A stretch of 64,000 nucleotides of DNA from Ophelia neglecta (Eukaryota), in the NCBI GenBank assembly GCA_965285935.1, contig OZ260665.1, forward strand, positions 34,844,001 through 34,908,000, in the 5' to 3' direction. Below the pieces are notes generated by a model. The model was not told where the DNA came from. It made no database searches and saw only the letters and a list, made by a program, of their open reading frames with translations. Both the position numbers and the translations under genes were made by a program. Within the stretch, counting starts at the first letter, position 1. The number at the start of each line of letters is the position of its first letter. Positions 37,201-46,923 of this stretch are shown piece by piece.

Positions 37201-40200
37201 AACTTACACGTTCTTTACCCACCATCCGGCCTTACCAGTATTCTAATTAACGTTTAAGTCAATATGACATTGTCCTTGTCACTGTATAAGAGAAATCGTA
37301 GTCCTGCACGAATAGACATTAAAATTAAACACATTCTACCTTCAGTAAATGATATCCTTTTTATTGAATAAGAAATAGGCTGATATTACTTTTAGATTCC
37401 TCTATTAACCATTAAAATATTATACCATTGCTGATGCTGATTGGAAACATTTGTTGAACAATACAGCTTCAGTGAAATTACAAAAGACAATATGGCTGAG
37501 AAGATGCGATGGTTTTTAGGTGACAAATTTCTTGGTTTCTTGCGTTCGAAAAAGAAGGCTCAAAAGCCTTTGCTCATTCTTGTAAAAATAGGTTCTATCT
37601 ACAGTCACATTTCTCATGTCCATTTGCTCATTGGGAAGGTAGATTGGAGAAAATTTAGTCATATTATTGTGAATATTCTGAACGCGTTGGGAAAAGAGGC
37701 TTTTTTCTCGAGTGCATTGATCTTCGATCTCGAATCCAACAAAAACTTACACGCTTATAGCTGAGATTTTCCCCTGTGTAAACTGTTATTAAAAGCGATG
37801 GATGACCTCTTCATACCAAGCTGGTATTTCACTTAGATTTTTTATCCACTTTGGTACGAGATTATAGGGGCACTTTTTGATAGTCTCGTCTTTAATACGC
37901 ATATCCACTGTATTAGTAACCAGATATAATATTATCTCTCACTAACCAGTGTAAAACTTAACTCCCGGTTTATGACAAAACAGTTTTTAAAGGAATCTGA
38001 ATGTTTTACACGTTTCTGCTTTCATAATCAGAGTCTTCAAACAATATGCTATTTGTACAAGCCATAACTCGATATCAAGTCTAAAGGTCGTTTTTCATCA
38101 ACAAGGCTTCACAAGACGCCTGTGTACAAGTTGCGGCCGCCAATCAGGGCATATTATAGACAACCGTTAACGGCTTTTAGAGAAAACAATAGAGTTTCCT
38201 TCCCCGTCATGGTTCAGATCAAAGTTGTTAGTGCTGACAAGGCTCCTCAAGAAAGAAAAAATAATGGCAGCTATAAACCCGGGATCGATCGCCCAATTTA
38301 ACGCCGCTCCTACCAATGTTTTTCTTCGTATTTGGCTAGCACTTAAAGTTGCATCAATCCGGCAACTATTTTCCATTTGTATTAGAATCAATCCGATGGT
38401 GATATTGACTCGAAGCTTAGCTAGACTCTACTGCCAACTCCAGTCAGTGCGAGCCAGTAATTCTCATTAGATTCGCCTGATTAAAAGCGTGAAATAATAG
38501 GGTAATTACTATCAAGAAAAATGTTAGGGGCACTTTCATCAATGTGACATGGCTTGAGCCTATATGCCAAGTGCATAATTTATACCATGTCCTAATTAGG
38601 TTGCATCAGTGATGTATTCCTTTCATAATCTTATGAAAATAGAAAAATGAAGCTACTGCTTAAATTATGTCCCCGTCTTTATGAAAGCAGGCCTTCTTCA
38701 AGTGGTGTTTTTCGTTTTATTTTACAGCTTTTATATCAATTGATTATTGGCGGACAATTAACAGCGCCACCTACCTGCACATCCTCGAAGTTGGTGAAGA
38801 GTGAGCCGCGCGAAGATGGGGGCGTCTTTCGAAGGTCCACCATGTTCACCTGCGGCCTGCAAAAAAACGAAAACAGGTAAGTCCCCTATCTAAAATTCTA
38901 GATTTCATTTCTTACACTGAAAAATATTTCAAAGAAACTATCCTAGTTGACATTTATAAAGGAATTGCTAGACATGGGAGGTCACTGAATAAACGACCTG
39001 TGGGTATTCATCGGTGGTGAATCGATAGACTAGCAACACGTAAGAGGGTGTTCCATACACGCTTGAAGAGAACTTCAATTTTGCCCAACGTGCCAACAGA
39101 GTAATTATACCTCAACTGTATGATCAAGTTTAATGTTTACATTCGGTTGATTAGACATTATTTGTACATAGTAATTTTTTCAGTCGACATAATACCTGCT
39201 GATGCTGGAGGCTGGGGGACGCGTCAATTTATGTTAACTAGAGGACGAGAATTTGAGTAGACTGCTGCTTCTGACAATTCTTGACCTATTTACACCGCAA
39301 TAGGATAAGGTGTGTGAAGCACAATCAAAGAGTCTAGACTCTCACAGGAACAAGTACCGACCGCCTATGTATTTCTTATTGATCAGGTTAATAGATCCGG
39401 AGAGAAATGGCAGGGAAATGTATGCCCACTATAAGCTGATGCGAATAGTCCCTCCCCTTCTCATTGAGAATGATTTGGCGATCAATAGCGAAGAGCCAGT
39501 CGTCTGTTGGGCCAGTCACCCAACCAACACGGGAGGGCCTATTAAACAATCATTAATCGACCCACCATTTTGTTCTTTTTTTTATCGCGAATAAACTCGT
39601 GTTCCCATCAATTCTAGTAAGCTTTCTCGTTAATTGAACAAGAACTAGAGGTATATTTTCCAGATGACTGCTTCCTTGGCTGTACCCCACGTAAAAAACA
39701 AGACACAAACGGATTTTTCCATTAGTACTGCCAGAACAATTGAGTAAATTTATGTATTTATATAATCCAAACATATGTTGAAATTTGGTTCATGGGGCGG
39801 AAACAGTTCTAGGAAAGCTTTTTATCACCTCTGCGTTCTAAATGGATTATAATATCGCTCATTTAATCAAGGACTAATCATGAATTCTCCGTCACATCGC
39901 CCCAGGAAGGGCATGGCTCAAACTAGTGAACTGGAGAGACGAGCGGGGCCTTTAATGGAGTGGGGGGCTGGGAGAGAAGCGTCTCTGTGCCTAATCCGGT
40001 ACTCAGTAAAGGCTGAATGGCAATGCAATAATAAGTAAGCAGAAAATCAAACAAATGGGAGCGGGTCAGATGTATTGAGACAGACATAACTCCATTGTAC
40101 AGCCATGTCAATGTAATTCATTGATCAATGAGGCGAGCGGCCCACCTCTGTAGGCCCGGCGTGATAACAAGTGTATGCTGAGAAGGGATAGCAAGGAGCG

Positions 40201-41628
40201 TCCAGGAGGCCGAGGACGGGGCAGATAACCACTGCTAGCCTCGTTAATCATCGAAAATCATCCCGCTACGGTAGCGCCCTTGTCAACCACATGGTCAGAT
40301 GATTGGCAAATCTGTCAAACCTACGACAGCTAAGCCCCCATAATCGGCAAATTCAATAGTCGACGGTGATTTCTGGCAGTGGAAAATTCGGTTTCCAAGT
40401 TTGCCAGCCCAACTGACGCTGATTTTTTCGCACATCCCATTCGCATTTCCAGCAATAGAACATCACGCAGTTGCTGTTGATGCATAATTGACAGGAGTTA
40501 GGGAATACGTGTTTGCCGCTTGGGTCTTAAGACAAAACCTTAATTTAATGAAAAACAATTATAAGTGAAGTGTAGAACAAAAACTTAAGGTACTTAATAT
40601 AAAAACGTAGTGCCTACTTGAAGGTTTTGCCACAAAAAAAGTGTCTACACTTCCTTAGCTAGAAACTTGACTTTTGTACTATAGAGTAATCCCAGTGATT
40701 GAGTTTAAATCAAGAATCCCGACTCTTTGTATTTATATGCCTGTCTCATAAAAGCGCGTCTTAGCACGTACACATGTATAGAACATACTAATGTGTTGAC
40801 AAACCCAGAAGAAACACGGCATCGTCCCTTGTATAAACGGATATATAAAAACAAATGAATCGACATTTCTCTTAATTCCCGACCTGCAAAGTTGTGTATA
40901 AATAAAATTGTACAATGACATGAAAATAGCCAAAGTTTTTGTGTACCAATGCCCTGCATAGAGCTTCATATAAATAAATATATGTATATATATAAACCCG
41001 GATGAATAATATTGTCACTTAACAGAAAAATTCAAAATTAATATAACAAAAGATATCTAAATACAATTGGAACTATAGGCAAACTGCATGCTGTGAATTT
41101 TTTTCATTTCATCAATTTCAATAGACATATTAATTATATAAGTTTAAAAATAAAAGGCTTCGTTTATGGGATATGGCATGCACTGGAAAGACAATATAAA
41201 TCCAAGGGACATTTTACATATTAGTCAGGTAAATGTGGAACGCACAAAGCTAATCAAGCATGTTGTTAAGATGTGGACCCCGGAAAAGGACTACATTTTC
41301 TATACATGAATTTTTCCAGTTAGACTTGTGAGGACAAGGTATGCTTTTTGAGATTGGTCCTACATCACCTTTCGCTGTCTTGTTCCATCTGTTCCAGTTT
41401 CTGTACTTGCAGCTGCACTTCTCGGTCGGAGTCCTCTCTAGACCGACCGTTCGGGTCATGATGTTGGGGATAATGACCAAGCTCTGTCGGCTGTCGTTCG
41501 GGGGTAGGGGCGAAATGCACCCTTCCCCGAGACCTCAGGTCTGTCATGGTGTCAAGAGAACCCGGTCGAGTGGGGACACTCCCGATGGAGTCGGTGGGTG
41601 AAGCCTCCTCCTGGTCTGCGGCAGGCAT
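9685..41628 (-). CDS. TRPC: Canonical TRP (TRPC3/6/7-like) cation channel, multi-exon gene; core model 1115 aa
   Basis: Core exons 41628-41369, 38856-38775, 28534-27884, 27515-27345, 25722-25555, 23039-22751, 22510-22226, 19028-18844, 18093-17984, 17034-16924, 16222-16084, 15808-15660, 15198-15141, 13353-13233 and 10253-9685 all have AG/GT boundaries and matching phases. Motifs seen: NVNCVDYMG ankyrin start, [23 protein letters not shown] Zn site, [27 protein letters not shown] pore helix, TRP box EWKFAR, TLPVPFN. Confidence 0.93.
10451..10540 (-). CDS. TRPC: Putative TRPC C-terminal cassette exon B ([30 protein letters not shown])
   Basis: 90 nt, phase 1-1, open; acceptor tttgacatttatattcag; donor G|GTAGGG; GC-richer than its flanks. 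Confidence 0.65.
10802..11410. repeat. Intronic minisatellite, 51-bp unit, about 12 copies
   Basis: Consensus AATGACCTAGTTTACGATCAGTGCCTCAGATTTGTCCCTTGGGTACCGGTT, starting at 10802, 10853, 10904 and so on. Confidence 0.97.
12333..12425 (-). CDS. TRPC: Putative TRPC C-terminal cassette exon A ([31 protein letters not shown])
   Basis: 93 nt, phase 1-1, open; acceptor catttcattgaacag; donor G|GTAAGA. Confidence 0.65.
13233..13353 (-). CDS. TRPC: TRPC exon: CIRB/rib helix (KRRENVC...[22 protein letters not shown])
   Basis: YxxIxxRLVxRY motif typical of the TRPC CIRB helix; G|GTAAG donor. Confidence 0.88.
15141..15198 (-). CDS. TRPC: TRPC exon ([19 protein letters not shown])
   Basis: atcag acceptor; AAG|GTTAG donor; bridges phase 2 to phase 0 as the flanking exons require. 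Confidence 0.75.
15660..15808 (-). CDS. TRPC: TRPC exon: TRP box ([37 protein letters not shown]...)
   Basis: EWKFAR and LPVPFN boxes, hand-translated; AG|GTGAG donor. Confidence 0.96.
16084..16222 (-). CDS. TRPC: TRPC exon: S6 ([36 protein letters not shown])
   Basis: Conserved LxNMLIAMM gate motif; ctgtag acceptor; CAG|GTCAG donor. Confidence 0.95.
16924..17034 (-). CDS. TRPC: TRPC exon: pore helix and selectivity filter ([24 protein letters not shown]...)
   Basis: LFW-type pore helix; ttttccag acceptor; AG|GTGGG donor; phase 2-2. Confidence 0.94.
17542..17622 (-). CDS. TRPC: Putative TRPC cassette exon in the pore turret ([27 protein letters not shown])
   Basis: 81 nt, phase 2-2, open in frame; acceptor ttctgtgttttggttatgtcatag; consensus donor AA|GTAAGT. 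Confidence 0.65.
17984..18093 (-). CDS. TRPC: TRPC exon: S5 and turret ([37 protein letters not shown])
   Basis: Hand-translated; ttttcag acceptor; GG|GTAGGT donor, phase 2. Confidence 0.94.
18844..19028 (-). CDS. TRPC: TRPC exon: S4, S4-S5 linker, start of S5
   Basis: [24 protein letters not shown]...[18 protein letters not shown]; ttcag acceptor; TTG|GTAAC donor. Confidence 0.96.
22226..22510 (-). CDS. TRPC: TRPC exon: end of S2, S3 and long S3-S4 loop
   Basis: [17 protein letters not shown]...[16 protein letters not shown]...YFMKA; tttcag acceptor; T|GTAAG donor. Confidence 0.95.
22751..23039 (-). CDS. TRPC: TRPC exon: S1, S1-S2 loop, start of S2
   Basis: [26 protein letters not shown]...LMFWVFG; cag acceptor; G|GTGAG donor. 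Confidence 0.93.
25555..25722 (-). CDS. TRPC: TRPC exon: FVAHPNCQQ and pre-S1 elbow
   Basis: [15 protein letters not shown] motif; tgcag acceptor; AAG|GTAAG donor. Confidence 0.96.
27345..27515 (-). CDS. TRPC: TRPC exon: linker helices ([22 protein letters not shown]...[14 protein letters not shown])
   Basis: Conserved TRPC linker sequence; tttcag acceptor; AAG|GT donor; phase 0-0. Confidence 0.95.
27884..28534 (-). CDS. TRPC: TRPC exon: ankyrin repeats and TRP_2 Zn-binding region
   Basis: [12 protein letters not shown]...[13 protein letters not shown]...[13 protein letters not shown]...[10 protein letters not shown]...[14 protein letters not shown]...EKEFK; tttgtag acceptor, AAG|GTGAG donor. 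Confidence 0.97.
28864..29735. mobile_element. Probable non-autonomous transposon remnant(s): inverted copies of a dispersed repeat motif
   Basis: 28864-28907 (ctgggtagtggtgaatttgggcctgcagctgtctgttcctgata) matches the reverse complement of 29693-29735; the same motif recurs at 24003 and 48088. Confidence 0.45.
38775..38856 (-). CDS. TRPC: TRPC exon ([27 protein letters not shown])
   Basis: Strong pyrimidine-rich acceptor ending tttgcag; donor CAG|GTAGGT; phase-0 end joins LTDEER in frame. Confidence 0.8.
41369..41628 (-). CDS. TRPC: TRPC first identified coding exon (disordered N-terminus MPAADQEE...EQDSE)
   Basis: ATG at 41628; donor AG|GTGATG is phase 2 and matches the 38856 exon; an acceptor ttttag lies 18 nt upstream (exon start 41646). 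No family homology is visible in this segment. Confidence 0.6.
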
Positions 41629-44600
41629 AGAGTGGACAATATATTCCTAAAATATGGCTAGGCCATCACAGCAGATTATCCTTTACCATCATTAACTAAA
41701 CAGGCCATTAGAAGGTAGTTATGGGGACAATGATAAGTATTCCACTGTCGTCGACGGGACAGACGCGCGCATTGACCGCAAAAGATCAGGCCGTGGAACC
41801 TGCTTCAAACTGGAACTATCAGCCGATATACTGGAAGACATTAGGCAGATGCCCGCAAATTAACTGGCTAAGAATATGTAACAAGTCTGCGTATATCCAA
41901 GACATTTGCTCGTGATCCAAACACCTGAAAACCTTTGGCTTTGGCAGTTCTAATGTTTCAGTGAGGCTGGCAGGTTGATCTTTGCGCAGCTCTGACATGG
42001 GCAACAAGTTGCTCTTAATGCCAGCTAAAAGTCCTATAAGTCAGTCGTTCAGAATGTATATAAACAATTTTTTGTCTCCAAAATCATCCACTACACGTGA
42101 TCAGCAAGTGATGAGGTTTATATGGCCTTCAGCAGCCTTTCTATGTTGGGCGCCCGTCAAATGGCGGGAGGAAACAGTCTAAGTTAGGGGGCGCCTCCCG
42201 CGCTTCCTAGCGGCGAGCGAGCAATGCTATAGAAAGCAGCCGTCAAGCGCCTTGTGCACGGCCTACAAATGACAAGCCCAACTCAGGACGATTTATATAG
42301 CAATGGAAATCAGCCGACAGAAAGCCATCGATATCAGGATCAGGGAAGAGTTCATGTTTATTTCTCTTCCTGTCACGTCCAAGGTAAAAACCTGTTTGGT
42401 TGTCAGAAAACATATGCTGCCCCTGTTGCTGTTTTCCCGGAGTCGACTCCCCCGGGCAGTCAGCTATAATAAGGTCCATGATACCAAATTAATAACACAA
42501 TAACGATCAGCCCAGTATTGATACTCGTGTGGGAGGGCGGAATTCTCCCCATAATTAAGCAGGAAGTGCGGACGATAAACAACAAAGGTTAAATAAAAAC
42601 CAGTTTAACTTCATGTAAAAATATGGCATATTGTTACGCGGAAGCCATTTTTCGCACTGGCAATTGGCTTTTTCTATTCACTGCAGCCTAAATTGTTGTA
42701 GCTACACATTAAACTTGTCAGTTGGCATCTAAAAGATTAGTTATATAGAAAATGTATAGATCAATAAACTTGAGGACAAAAACAAAGAATCTCATTACAA
42801 CCATTCTGGGCAAGTAAATGACGACATTCGCCATTGCGTTCTTTGCAATACATGCCCAGCAATGGCTGTGAAGGCATTGAAGCGAAGCAAATGGTTGAAA
42901 TGGCGCCTTAACTAAACTTAATGGTGTTTTGTTCGAGAGAACACGGCTTTGATATACTTTGTGAAAGTTGAGTACTGGGTTTGTTTTTTGCCTGTGGGCT
43001 CGGCAGACCTGTAAATCCCCTGTCCTATATTATAGCTGTAGTTAATGTTTCGGTGATGTTGGTTCGGTGGGCTCCTTATCGGGCGGTCAGAAGGTGCAGA
43101 TTACTCCGGGTCTGCCTATCGCTGCTATTGCCAGCTCGATGGTGCTGCTACTGCTGTAAATTTGATCACAGCACCTCTTACCAATCTTAAGTATGTTGAC
43201 ATTCGACAGCAAGCCGCGTTATTTCAGTCGTTTAGGTATTGTTATGGTAAAAACTTTGTCCTGATTATCATGGAGACCCGCCCAGAGCCAGACGCTGGTT
43301 TCCAGCCACTTTTACAGGCCGTGACGCTCCATAAATAATCTCAGCATGACATAATTCTGCATCTAAATAGCCCCGGGCCAACAGCCGACCAAACGTCAAC
43401 CGGTGGTGATACAGAGATGACAAATCCCGTTGACGTTTGGTGGCAGATGCTGTCGTCCCGTGTCCCCTCAGTCAAAGGAACAGGAGACTTTCTAGATCTT
43501 TGTTGACCTGCTACAATCTGAGAGGCAGATAAAGACGTGCGGTTGCTCTGTTTGTAGATCTTGGTGGTTTCAGGACAGTCAGCTGTCTTCTCACGTGTCA
43601 GATGGAGATATCGAGACAGGTCCCTGTGTGATCTCGCTATCAACTCTCACGGTCTCGTCTGACTGCCTCTCTCAGACCGAGACCAGTATATTCTGGAGAT
43701 AGACCCAATCATCCACCCCATTAATCATTAATCTCTAAGTTTATATCGCTAAGCCTATAGCCGATCAGTCGTAAGTTTGTAGCTATAGTGTTTCGATTTT
43801 TTCTAGCGTTCGACGGTTCTCAGTTAATCCTTTTTATTGCTGATGCTTTTTTCTGGGGTCAAGCCATTGACGCTAACGTATTTGATCTATCAATAATTGC
43901 AGAAATTTCTGTCATAGGTGACAGTTTTATCACATCTTCTTCAAGCAGAATTGATATTAAATCGAGCCATTGCAATAAACTGGCAAACATCGTGCACTTT
44001 TACAGTCAATCGCTCGACTGTTGCTATGAGTTAACTAGGTCATGCCTCCATTATCCAAGGAAATCGTCAGCCGCAGCATTTAAAGGTCGTTTCACTGTCA
44101 TGAGAATGGAACACACTTCTCGATCTAGTTTTAAATGGGGTCACTATGGCAGATGGAGAGAAGATTAACAAAGGAGAAGATAAAAAGGGTCATTGATAGA
44201 AAAAGTGGATCCAGCATAGAACAAGAACAACGAGAACATATATGAATTCAACACTTCGGCGTCATCATTATGTTTCCCTTTATTTCTATAGCATTATCCA
44301 AGGTCATGTAAGCTCTTTATATTTCACGTATATGGGTAAAATTGACAAAATCACAAAGGTTGGATACCAAAACCCATTTTAAAAGAAAGTAATTCAATTG
44401 TAAATATATCCAGAACATTGTAAGCTTTTGTTACTTTTCTTTTCTAATGTTTAGGCCTCATAACAAAAAACCTGGGCCGCAGTTCACCTTCAGATTATTC
44501 AACATTGTTTTCTCTAATAGGGTATCGTTTGGTGGTACTGAGATGCCTAAGAGTCTCCTGAAAATCCACCCATAATGCCCTCTACTTTCGATAGATACCT

Positions 44601-46845
44601 CTCGTCTCAGCGTCTAATGGGAAACGAGACACCTATCGGCCATAGAGAGCTGTGGGCAACCTTCTATCTAGAGAAAAAACTCGTTATCGTAGATGATCTG
44701 CTTAATATAGCGGCAGTCGGTCTCTGTGCAGAAGGGCGATAAAACGGGAGTGGAAACGCGGCAGACACAACAAAAGTCGTTAAGTACGAATTGCCCATAA
44801 AATTCACCGGGAACCAGTAGCCGCGAGGGGTGGGCGGGTTCTAACTTGTTATTGATCATACTACCACTAAACATTGTCACCAAGTTTCATGATAAGGATT
44901 GGACAATAAATACTCAGGTAACCGTGTGATCACCATATAGGCCTATTTTAATAATAAGCTTATAAGCCGCCGCCGTCAAAAGTGGTCCATATATGCCGAC
45001 TTAGAGCTGGCGACACAAAATCCTAATTCCAACGTCAAATGGTAAGGGACTTTACTAAAAACTTGATTTCATGGCATTTTCGTAAACTTGTGAAATTAAT
45101 TAGAAATGACGATCCATGAAGCCATGCGCCCCTCGATGTATACAAAATGAGCGTTTCATAGCGGTGTTGGGGCAGGATGAAAAACAATCGACAAAAAATG
45201 TTTAAATTTTGATCGATCAAAATAGGTGAAACAGAGCTTTAATCCATTAATATGTTTTCTAGCGAATAATACTTTTCAATTATTTGCTGAACTTAAGTTT
45301 GATATAAATTACATGATACCTCTATACGCAGGCACTGTTTTTTCCTCTAACGGGCAAGAGGTGCAATATCTTGTAACTTTCTGCTTTGAACTAATCTTAG
45401 ATACAAGGCCGCTCGTCGTATGTGTCGTATGCTTTCGCGGAAGAGCAAAAGTGTAATAAGGCATTTCAACCGAATCTTAACTGGATATCCCTCAAGCAAT
45501 AGTAATTATACTTTATTATTATTTGGATATATGCGGCCTTGATAAAAATCGCAGTGTTAGCCCTCCTGTACATAATAGTATACATGCAGGATAAGGCGTC
45601 TAGAAAATCCCCATTTATATGTCATCATTTGCAAAAATATGAATGAAATAGGCAGATCCAGGGGAGGGGGGGGGGGACCACCCGGAACTCATTTTTCAGG
45701 CTATGTGCATAATATTCAACAAAATAATTAAACTACGGGACTATTTTTTACGGGAACATTTCATGCCACAGTTTTATTTGTCCCCTGAGAAGTCCTGCCT
45801 ATTATCTTGTTTTTTCGAGGGTGAAATTAATCTCAAGTACCAGCAACAAAACCAGACTAAATGACGATGAGGTCGAAGAAACATAATAGTTTGTCTTTAA
45901 GTTCAAACTTTCATCCTAGTAATGTAGGCTTCTCACAACTTAAGAGCCACCTCCTCTCTAGTCATTGCGAATTTATCAAAGGCGAACAGTTCATATCAGC
46001 CTCTAAATCAAAAAAGCACCAACAACATTTTGCTGAGTCGGAAGTTCATGGCCTAATATCATGTTTGGCTTAAGATACTATTGATGGTCAGCGCCTTGCT
46101 TTAGTCCCTAGATACTCTTAGACGGACTTTTTTTCCCCTTTCAACAAGAAAATACTTCAAGAAATGTTCACTGTAGCATGCTGTTTATGTCGTAACCCGT
46201 TGTTATTGCTGTAATCCCGGGTATGAAAGCAGACATGCTTGTAATTTAAGATTTGTGTAAAATCAATTCTTTGTTTGATGAATCGAAGCAACGTCGGGTA
46301 TGGGAATTTCAAAGAGCGGGTGGGGTAGGAGTCTTACAGTTCTTTGTAAGGGTACCGAGGTTCAGAAGCTTCGATGGGAAGGGACATGCTCTCCTGCTCA
46401 TGTTCCCCTCTGCTAAATTTCCTCTGGACCTTCAGTGTGCAGCAACTCTTGGAATAAAAAGGGGGCGGTGACACATGGAGTCAGCTCTCTATAGATTCAG
46501 AGGGGGGAGGGGTGTCCCCCGACGCCTGGTTCGGCTCTCTATAAACAACCAGGTAGCCAAAAAAAACCCGAGTTAGCTCTCTATAGATCCAGGGGCCTGG
46601 AACCCCCTGAGTCAGCTCTATGGATCAGCAATGCGAAATGTGAAAGCCCTTCTATAGGACGTAGAAACAGAAGTCGTAATTTTCCCCAGGAGGTTTATTT
46701 ATACCACGTACTTAAGCCTAGTTGAGTATGAGCTTGTTTTTTTAGTATAGTGGTGCAAAAGAAACCTCAATACATAGCAACAATATAAAGACTGTCAGGG
46801 AATCTTAAGTTATTTTAGCCAAAGGCTAGTACATTTTCGCATGAC

Positions 46846-46923
46846 CATCTCCTGAACAAAATGGCTGGTACAATAAATAATATACATCTCCTGAACAAAA
46901 TGGCTGGTACAATAAATAATATA
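46846..46923. repeat. Perfect 39-bp tandem duplication
   Basis: CATCTCCTGAACAAAATGGCTGGTACAATAAATAATATA x2 (46846-46884 and 46885-46923). Confidence 0.92.

Noticed and set aside
44870-45020. Fragment resembling mollusc Helitron/Helentron-associated non-autonomous repeats (aagtttcatga...gccgccgcc...gcgacacaaaa)
   Set aside because: Resemblance from memory only, too short and decayed to classify without a repeat library search.
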